From positions 1 to 6,922 of the forward strand of contig NW_021829115.1 in NCBI RefSeq assembly GCF_006345805.1: 6,922 nucleotides of DNA, in the 5' to 3' direction. The notes beneath the pieces were generated by a model, which did not search any database, had not been told where the DNA came from, and worked only from the letters and a program-made list of their open reading frames with translations. The number at the start of each line of letters is the position of its first letter. Within the stretch, counting starts at the first letter, position 1. Made by a program: the position numbers and the translations under genes. Shown here one piece after another: positions 1-6,176 of this stretch. The DNA comes from Octopus sinensis (taxonomy: Eukaryota).

Positions 1-1
1 C

Positions 2-765
2 CACAGATTACAAGAGGTGGAGAAGTTTACCTATCTGGACTCTACCGTCACCTACAACAACCTATCCCTTGACGCTGAGCTCAATATACGCATTGGCAAG
101 GCAGCTGCTGCGATGGCCCACTCTCCAAACGGGCTTGGGACAACGATAAGCTGACCAAGACCACAAAAATGAAGATCTACCAGGCATGTGTACTCAGCAC
201 TCTACTGTATGGAAGCGAGACCTGGACGCTATACACACGCCAAGAGCGTCGCCTAAACATCTTTCACCTGCGCTGCCTCCGAAAATCCTCCACATCAAAT
301 GGCAGAATCATATCCCCAACAAAGATGTCCTCAGGCAAGCAGGAATACCAAGCATGTTTGCACTCCTCACACAAAGACGTATGATGGCTGGTTGGGCATG
401 TTAGCCGTATGAAAGATGGCAGAAACCCCAAGGACATACTCTACGGAGAGCTTGCTAGGGGTACTAGGTCTGTGGGTAGACCGATCTTACGTTACAAGGA
501 TGTTTGCAAAAGGGATATGAAGGCCTGCAACATCAACATTAGCGGTTGGGAGGCAGTCGCCGGCACCGTGGAGAATGGCGACGTACAGTAAAAGAGGGTA
601 TACAGAGGAGTGACAGAAAGAGAGAGAGAAGGGAAAGAAAGGAAGAGACATAAACAAGAGACCATGGCACTACAATCAGCCTGGAACAGTCTTCGCCACA
701 TTTGCAGTACCTGCCAGAGGGAGTATTTGTCCAGGATAGGACTACACAGCCACACAAGAAAGTAA
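2..765 (+). pseudogene. Frameshifted C-terminal part of the RTE ORF (RT thumb + C-terminal Cys/His motif)
   Basis: At least four frameshifts (near 118, 285, 385, 563) plus a further break near 630-655. ORF-track entries 169..384, 186..404 and 409..591 are pieces of it. Last block CSTCQREYLSRIGLHSHTRK ends at TAA 763-765. Confidence 0.85.
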
Positions 766-831
766 CAGGAATAAATAAAATATAACAGCCCGGACTAGAC
801 CTAGAAAAAAAAAAAAAATGCGCAACTCCAT

Positions 832-845
832 TGTCTCCCGAGACA
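832..845 (+). other. RTE 3'-UTR stem-loop (likely RT recognition hairpin)
   Basis: TGTCT-CCCG-AGACA inverted repeat ~15 nt before the element end. Stringent LINEs use 3' stem-loops; the function is inferred. Confidence 0.5.
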
Positions 846-863
846 GAAAGGATGCCAAACAAG

Positions 864-1160
864 ATAGCCTCGGGCCAACCAAAGCCTTGTGAGTGGATTT
901 GGTAGACGGAAACTGAAAGAAGCCCGTCGTATATACGTATATATGTAAGTGTGTGTGTCTGTGTTTGTCCCCCCCCCCATCGCTTGACAACCGATGCTGG
1001 TTTGTTTACGTCCCCGTAACTTAGCGGTTCGGCAAAAGAGCCCGATAGAATAAGTGCTGGGCTTACAAAGAATAAGTCCTGGGGGTCGATTTGATTCGAC
1101 TAAAGGCGGTGCTCCAGCATGGTCACAGTCAAATGACTGAAACAAGTAAAAGAGTAGAAG
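864..1160 (+). mobile_element. tRNA-derived SINE (family A), lacking its 5' tRNA head
   Basis: Colinear with the reverse complement of 5752-6087 (TAGCCTCGG..TTGTGAGTGGATTTGGTAGACGGAAA..internal TA/TG repeat..GGCGGTGCTCCAGCATGG..GACTGAAACAAGTAAAA). Short AAAGAGTA-type tail; no A/B boxes present. Confidence 0.85.
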
Positions 1161-1596
1161 AATAATTCAAGCATCCATTATTTGCAGACAAATTGCTGAT
1201 ACAAGTGTTACCATCGAACGCTGTTTAGACCGGACACTGACCGAATTAAAGGGTCATCAGGAGAGAATGTACGACGTTTTGGAACCTTTCTCCGGACGGC
1301 ATTATTATGTTCATGCCCCACTTGCTAGATCAACTAGTTACCAGGCTTCACACAGTAATTCACTGTAGCCTGGATATCGTTCATAATGGTATTTGCTTTA
1401 CGTTAAGTTAGGCTTAGTGACACCATCCATTGCCTCATTCTGTTTCTGTTTCCAATGAATGCTCTGCATCCAACGTATGAGTTACTGTATTTATGGCTTA
1501 TTCTACCTTCATCGTTTGCTGCTTTATTTAGTCTCTAAATCTGGTCAAAGATGATTACAAACGTCATTCAATCAGTTAATCATTCATTAAATGAAG

Positions 1597-1641
1597 GAAT
1601 GAATGAATGAATGAATGAATGAATGAATGAATGAATGAATG

Positions 1642-1672
<31 letters not shown>
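1597..1672. repeat. Compound microsatellite (GAAT)12(CAAT)7
   Basis: Direct reading: GAAT x12 at 1597-1644, then CAAT x7 at 1645-1672. Confidence 0.97.
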
Positions 1673-1690
1673 TAAGTAATATATATATAT

Positions 1691-1800
1691 GAAAAGAAAA
1701 AGTCAAGATAGAAAATGCTAAAATAATTTTATAATGAACATTTCAGTACCGGTTTCACTCATTGAGACTTTTTCAACTGTAACTATTAAATAATTAAATT
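1691..1800 (-). mobile_element. Short HHR-bearing element remnant (Penelope-like pLTR/retrozyme-like), tail ending at (TA)n 1679-1690
   Basis: HHR-like motif at 1744-1779(-), followed by a ~53 nt tail ending ...CTTTTTCTTTTC|ATATAT. The upstream boundary is uncertain. Confidence 0.45.
1744..1779 (-). ncRNA. Minimal type I hammerhead ribozyme-like motif with U3-A8 core
   Basis: Minus strand: CAG-UUGAAAA-AGUC(UCAAU)GAGU-GAAA-C(CG)G-UA|CUG. Stem I is 3 bp, stem II has one G.G mismatch, and stem III is the palindrome ACCGGU. Confidence 0.5.
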
Positions 1801-1935
1801 TAGAAAAATCAAAAGAAAAGTTTTTTTTAAAAGAATATTTGTATTGTGTTCAAATACAAGTGGCATTTTCCTTGTTTCTACCTGTCTCTCTGTCTCTCTT
1901 GTTTACTCTTGTGGGTTCGAAGTCGTTGTGTATAT

Positions 1936-2265
1936 AGGGTGAACCCCGCCCCCACCTCTGTCATGAATGACCATGGGATTGCACCTTCAACGTTACCCTC
2001 CGAGGCACAAGTCTGGGCAAGGTTGTTTATGGAAGACCAGCAGTCATCCATGCAGCATACCCGTCTATCCTCTTCCCGCCACCAAGTTAAAAGGCAAAGG
2101 TTAACACAGCTTGGCACCATTGACGTCACAACTACTACATTTTCTACAACAGAGTGAACTGGAAAACATGAAATGAAGTGTCGTACACAAGAACATAACA
2201 CACAGCCCAGTTCAGAAATCGAAGTCACAACGTCACGATAGTAAGCTCGACGCCCTAACCCCTGA

Positions 2266-2270
<5 letters not shown>
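1936..2270 (-). mobile_element. tRNA-derived SINE (family B), diverged
   Basis: Minus strand starts ATGGCTCAGGGGTTAG (A-box-like, 2259-2269) with GACTTCGATTTC (B-box-like, 2215-2226), then a non-tRNA body. It resembles a common octopus SINE from memory. Tail boundary approximate. Confidence 0.75.
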
Positions 2271-2311
<41 letters not shown>

Positions 2312-2317
2312 ATATAT
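2269..2317. repeat. (TA)n microsatellite
   Basis: Direct reading; one phase shift at 2300/2301. Confidence 0.97.
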
Positions 2318-2320
2318 TTA

Positions 2321-2838
2321 TCTTTTTCTTACTACTGACCTCCCTTCCTCCTTCCTTCTTTTTCTTAGTACTGACCTCGTCTGCTAGCTGACCACTAGTC
2401 TCGCCTACCCCACACGCTCACACAGACGCACAACACTAACACCCATAGATATTTTTTTGTTTTTTCATCTCGCCTCACACACACCCATACACACACGCAC
2501 ATGCACACACTCACACATACACACACCATCTGTTGGGTTACCAACCTTGTCTCCACTCTTTTGCCTTTAAAAAAACCCACTTTGATCGTGTTATCGTCAA
2601 CATCCCCTTTCACACCATGTGCAACTCGTAACACACCAGTCGTCTTTTTTCTCTTTCCCTGTTGCCCGCTCTGGGATCTTTCTTTCTCTCCCCTTCTTCT
2701 TCTTTATGTTCCGACGAAGAGCTCCGCTCGAAACGTCATACCTCCCTGCTTTCAATCTCCTGAGCGCCTATTAATAATAATACTGTAATTGTTCCTGTTG
2801 TTGTTGTTTTTTTTTGTTTCCCCCTTGTTGGATTAAAT
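2321..2838 (+). mobile_element. Penelope-like pLTR-type fragment (pyrimidine/CA-rich body, HHR-like motif, tail to (TA)n 2839-2855)
   Basis: Bounded by (TA)n tracts on both sides. Contains CCGACGAAGAGCTCCGCTCGAAACGTC, then a ~100 nt T-rich tail. No coding remnant recognised. Confidence 0.55.
2705..2741 (+). ncRNA. Minimal type I hammerhead ribozyme-like motif (probably decayed)
   Basis: CCGACGA (2711-2717)-A-GAGC(UCC)GCUC-GAAA-CGUC|. Stem II is perfect, stem III is reduced to the palindrome ACGU, U4 is changed to C, and stem I pairs poorly. Confidence 0.55.
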
Positions 2839-2860
2839 TATATATATATATATATTTTTT

Positions 2861-3059
2861 CAATAAGTATCAGTTTCATTTTTCTATACTTCAGACTATA
2901 CGTGTGGAGAGTGTTTTGCTCATGTATGAAACAGTATTTTTTTCTGAAGCACAAAATAATTACTGATTTGTGTGAGTTTGGGAGTAATTGTTATTGGCTC
3001 AGAATTAGGTGCTAAAAGTATTTTAAAGTAACTGGTTATGACATGGAAGAGTGCATGCA
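2861..3059 (+). repeat. Outer inverted-repeat arm A (pairs with 3911-4110)
   Basis: About 200 bp, roughly 7-8 differences from the reverse complement of 3911-4110 by manual alignment; (TA)n on both sides. Confidence 0.95.
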
Positions 3060-3090
3060 TATATATATATATATATATATCTATATATAT

Positions 3091-3130
<40 letters not shown>
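3059..3130. repeat. (TA)n microsatellite
   Basis: Direct reading, slightly interrupted. Confidence 0.97.
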
Positions 3131-3132
<2 letters not shown>

Positions 3133-3149
3133 TTCAGCAAAATTTAGAG

Positions 3150-3350
3150 CCAGATGAATATGGTACTTAAGTCAAAGCCACCAGAAGTTTGTATGGTATT
3201 ATCCATATAAATCAAATGGGGTGATTAAACAAAATAAGCAACAGGTATATCCAAGGTAGATTAGTACAATTGTTTCATGCTACTTCATTTTTGTAAACAC
3301 TGTAAGTATTACATCAGTTTTAAAATGTCGAGCAATCTTCAGCCACTTAT
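3150..3350 (-). repeat. Inner inverted-repeat arm B (pairs with 3463-3665)
   Basis: About 200 bp, roughly 13 differences from the reverse complement of 3463-3665 by manual alignment; 112-bp spacer at 3351-3462. Confidence 0.95.
3260..3347 (-). ncRNA. Type I hammerhead ribozyme with extended stem II (copy 1)
   Basis: Minus strand: AGUGG-CUGAAGA-[59 nt hairpin UUGCU...AGCAU]-GAAA-C(AAUU)G-UA|CUAAU. Canonical core, palindromic stem III ACAAUUGU, stem I 4/5 paired. Confidence 0.7.
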
Positions 3351-3462
3351 AGAATTTTCCAATCAAACGGACAATGCACATTCTTATCCCTATTTCATTT
3401 GCCAACATTATAAAGAGGGTAGATATATAGACAGAGTGGTTGATTTCATTCTTAAGAACATG

Positions 3463-3665
3463 ATAAGTGGCTGAAGATTGCTTGACATTTTAAAACTGAT
3501 GTAATACTTACAGTGTTTAATAAAATGAAGTAGCATGAAACGATTGTACTACTCTACCTTGGGTATCCTTGTTTCTTATTTTGATTATAATCACCCCATT
3601 TGATTTATATGGATAATACCATACAAACTTCTGGTGCCTTTAACTTAAGTACCATATTCATCTGG
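3463..3665 (+). repeat. Inner inverted-repeat arm B'
   Basis: Reverse complement of 3150-3350. It lacks the last 19 nt of tail (3131-3149) seen in arm B. Confidence 0.95.
3466..3553 (+). ncRNA. Type I hammerhead ribozyme with extended stem II (copy 2)
   Basis: AGUGG (3466-3470)-CUGAAGA (3471-3477)-stem II (UGCU/AGCA, CAUUUUA/UAAAAUG, UGUAA/UUACA)-GAAA (3537-3540)-C(GAUU)G-UA|CUACU. Stem I is 5 bp including one G.U. Predicted cut after 3548. Confidence 0.75.
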
Positions 3666-3858
3666 ATTGAATGAATTATCCTAGTATGGATAATTCGGTT
3701 AACCGATACCCGGGTAGCAAATTCACGTCAGAAAAACACGGTTGAAGCTACATGCCAAGGGTAGAGATCACGCGCGCTTTCGTGTGGAAATTTGTGTGTT
3801 TTTTTTAATACAAATAAATGAAAGAATGGAGTTGAACGACGATTTAACAACTCCATTC

Positions 3859-3862
<4 letters not shown>
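3666..3862 (+). repeat. Direct-repeat unit C, copy 1 (with collapsed terminal hairpin at 3820-3862)
   Basis: Colinear with 4137-4317 plus 4461-4472, roughly 85% identical by eye; ends at (TA)n 3863-3910. Confidence 0.9.

Positions 3863-3910
<48 letters not shown>
3863..3910. repeat. (TA)n microsatellite
   Basis: Direct reading. Confidence 0.97.
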
Positions 3911-3911
<1 letters not shown>

Positions 3912-4110
3912 GCATTGCACTCTTCCATGTCATAACCAGTTACTTTAAACATACTTTTAGCACCTAATTCTGAGCCAATAACAACTACTCCCAAACTCAC
4001 ACATCAGTAATTATTTTGTGCTTCAGAAAAAAAAAAACTGTTTCATACATGAGCAAACACTCTCCACACGTATAGTCTGAAGTATAGAAAAATGAAACTG
4101 AGACTTATTG
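3911..4110 (-). repeat. Outer inverted-repeat arm A'
   Basis: Reverse complement of 2861-3059; followed by (TA)n 4113-4128. Confidence 0.95.
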
Positions 4111-4136
4111 AAATATATATATATATATTTGAGTAG

Positions 4137-4472
4137 TTGATGAATTATCTTATTATGGATAATTCGAATTAACCGATACCTGGGTAGCAAATTCACACTC
4201 AGAAAAAAACACGGTTGAAGTTACGTGCCTAGGGCATAGATTACGTGCTTTCGTGAGGAATTTGTGTTTATTTTAAAATAATATAGAAAAGAATGGAGTT
4301 GAACGACGAATTAACAAAATTCCTTTATTTTCGACATTGTTTCGAAGGCTGAATATTCCTAAGCGGCATAATGTACTTCCTCATATCCTTCGCAATTAGG
4401 ATATTGCAGCCTTCGAAACATATGTCGAAAATAAAGGAATTTTGTTAATTTGTCGTTCAACTCCATTCTTTC
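4137..4472 (+). repeat. Direct-repeat unit C, copy 2 (with full terminal palindrome)
   Basis: Colinear with 3667-3862; lies between (TA)n 4113-4128 and (TA)n 4473-4520. Confidence 0.9.
4286..4472. repeat. 187-bp palindrome (about 80-bp arms, 25-nt spacer at 4366-4390)
   Basis: GAAAAGAATGGAGTTGAACGACGAATTAACAAAATTCCTTTATTTTCGACATTGTTTCGAAGGCTG... pairs with ...CAGCCTTCGAAACATATGTCGAAAATAAAGGAATTTTGTTAATTTGTCGTTCAACTCCATTCTTTC. Confidence 0.95.
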
Positions 4473-4520
4473 ATATATATATATATATATATTATTATAT
4501 ATATATATATATATATATAT
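4473..4520. repeat. (TA)n microsatellite
   Basis: Direct reading, one TTA interruption. Confidence 0.97.
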
Positions 4521-5751
4521 TCATGTAGGCATAAGCCCTGTAATGTTTTTTAACTATACTTAATGCACCTATTATTCTAGGAAGTGTTTCTGTTCTCACG
4601 CTTCACAACCGTGTTGTCTCTATTTCCAGATCTTTGTATTTCGAGTTTTTCCGGATATTTTGTGTGTGGGAAATAGGTAGAGACACATTGTCATCTGTTG
4701 GGATTGAAATGTCGATTAGAAGGTATCTTTTAGTCTTGGTCGTCTCTAACAACAATTTCTGGTCTATTAACCTTGATCTCTCTATCTGTGTGTGTTGGCA
4801 TATCCCAGGGTATGATTGTTCTGTAATTTTCTGAGACCTTTTATGGGATGTGCCCATACCATCTTTTTCCAGTTGTTATTACGTAGTGGTGACACAACTT
4901 CCATGATATATAAGTTCCAACTCTGTCATGTCTGTAGATGTATTTCATCTTAGCCAGGACTGGGTAACCAGAAGAAATAGTATTCATTGTTTCTTCCCCA
5001 TCACCACATATTCTGCTTCATTGTGTGTTTTTTTTCACGATTTCAAGCAAAGAGATTTTGATCTTCTGCCACAATTAAAAACTCATCAGTTTATGGTTTG
5101 AGTCTAGAGCTTTGTCTATTTCTTTTCTATTTAGCTCATTCCAATATTTACCTTATCATGGTATTTTGTTGTTCCAGTTTTAGTTTTACGAGCATTTGTT
5201 GTTTCTCTCTCTCCCTCTCTGATATTTTTATTTGCTTTATTTTCATATTTATAAGATGTCAAGATGTCTTTCTTGTATTTTTCGGTTTCCTATAAGATGG
5301 GGAAAACTTTTTAAATTTTGCATGTCTTGTATTCTTTTTTTTTTGTATCAGTTTTTCTTGATTCTGAATTAGATAGTTCTATAATCCTATGGTGGATATT
5401 TTATGGTAGTTTTCTCGTTGTATAAGACATCTACCATCTTCAGTTCACTGAATATATAACCTTTCTATATCAGATTTTGGCTTGTGTATTCTAAATGCAG
5501 TTATCATTTTTTGTTTTTGTTTACTCGTCTAGTATAGCTAGACAGTTAAGTGTCCAGCTAAGATTGTTGAAACCGTGTCTTATAACCGGGACGGCTATGC
5601 ATTTGAGTATTGACGATTGCTAACTAATTTTTTTTACTTTTAGCTCTATTGTAAGTATTAATCTAATTTGTCTATAATATCCCTTCTTTTTCTGTTCTGT
5701 CATTAATGCATGTTATACCCTATGTAGTTCATCGAATCCTAAGTATGTATA
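4521..5751 (-). mobile_element. Decayed R4/Dong-clade LINE: RT thumb, CCHC knuckle and restriction-like endonuclease (REL) remnants
   Basis: Minus-strand stitched peptides: GYYRQIRLIL, AVPVI, KPKSDIERLY (5454-5483), RICGDGEETMNTISSGYPVLAK..YRHDRVG (RHDRVG 4916-4933), WDMPTHTDREIKVNRPEIVV, LLIDISIPTDDNV, SKYKDLEIE, IIGALS. Many stops and frameshifts. Confidence 0.9.
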
Positions 5752-6176
5752 CTCTTTTACTCTTCTACTCTTTTTTACTTGTTTCAGTCATTTGACTGCG
5801 GCCATGCTGGAGCACCGCCTTTAATCGAGCAACTCGACCTCAGGACTTATTCTTTGTAAGCCCGGTACTTATTCTATTGGTCTCTTTGCCGAACCGCTAA
5901 GTGACGGGGACATAAACACACCAGCATCGGCTGTCAATCGATGTTGGGTGGGGGGGACAAACACAGATATACAGACTCACACACACACACACACTCACAC
6001 ACACACACACATATATATATACGACGGGCTTCTTTCATTTTCCGTCTACCAAATCCACTCACAAGTCATTGGTCGGTCCGAGGCTACAGTAAAAGACACT
6101 TGCCCAAGATGTGGAACTGAACCCGGAACCATGTGGCTAGTAAGCAAGCTACTTACCACACAGCCACTCCTGCGCC
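5752..6176 (-). mobile_element. tRNA-derived SINE (family A), near full length, with 8-bp TSD
   Basis: A-box TGGCTGTGTGG (6156-6166) and B-box GGTTCAGTTCC (6113-6123) on the minus strand; internal CA repeat; (AAAAGAGT)-like tail at 5752-5780; TATGTATA at 5744-5751 and 6177-6184. Confidence 0.9.

Larger units (their letters stand above)
1..860 (+). mobile_element. 3' portion of an RTE-clade non-LTR retrotransposon (runs off the window at the 5' side)
   Basis: Stitched frames give EVEKFTYLDS, IRIGKAAAAMA, KMKIYQACVLSTLLYGSETW, FHLRCLRKILHIKWQ, GHVSRMKDGRNPKDILYGEL, GRPILRYKDVCKRDMK and C-terminal CSTCQREYLSRIGLHSH. These are the typical RT-domain-7/thumb and C-terminal blocks of RTE LINEs. A short 3' UTR ends at ...GGATGCCAAAC. 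Confidence 0.9.

Noticed and set aside
492-1145. ORF-track entries 492..755, 539..862, 742..990 and 801..1145 (-)
   Set aside because: Antisense to the RTE/SINE; low-complexity translations with no recognisable domain.
1126-1152. SINE tail AGTC-AAAT-GACT-GAAAC-AA-GTA resembling an HHR 3' half
   Set aside because: No CUGANGA-like core or stem I partner in either SINE copy.
1211-1266. Minus-strand CTGATGA (1254-1260) with a GACC/GGTC hairpin as a further hammerhead
   Set aside because: G12 is absent (TAAAC) and stem I is out of register. A few CTGANGA matches are expected by chance in 14 kb of both strands.
1846-2788. ORFs 1846..2157, 1878..2270, 2395..2634 and 2501..2788
   Set aside because: They lie within SINE or CA-rich repeat sequence, with no protein motifs.
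3277-3474. 65-aa ORF whose stop overlaps the HHR core, as a possible Penelope GIY-YIG C-terminus
   Set aside because: Only a vague FILK similarity, no GIY/YIG or PxLN motif, and part of it is the antisense HHR arm.
3737-3785. CACGG/TCGTG-closed three-way fold in unit C as an HHR variant
   Set aside because: No GAAA in the required position, and stem II differs between the two copies.
3728-4000. ORFs 3728..4000 and 3742..3948
   Set aside because: They read through (TA)n (YIYI runs) and are artefacts.
4074-4110. CTGAAGT...GAAACTGAGAC in arm A' as a decayed HHR
   Set aside because: A9 is missing, stem II is only 2 bp and there is no GUH triplet in either arm.
2861-4472. CRISPR array or prokaryotic system suggested by the repeats and palindromes
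   Set aside because: No regularly spaced repeat-spacer units and no cas-like ORFs; the context is eukaryotic retroelement DNA.
6100-6176. tRNA gene (also 2200-2270)
   Set aside because: A/B boxes are present but there is no cloverleaf; these are SINE heads.
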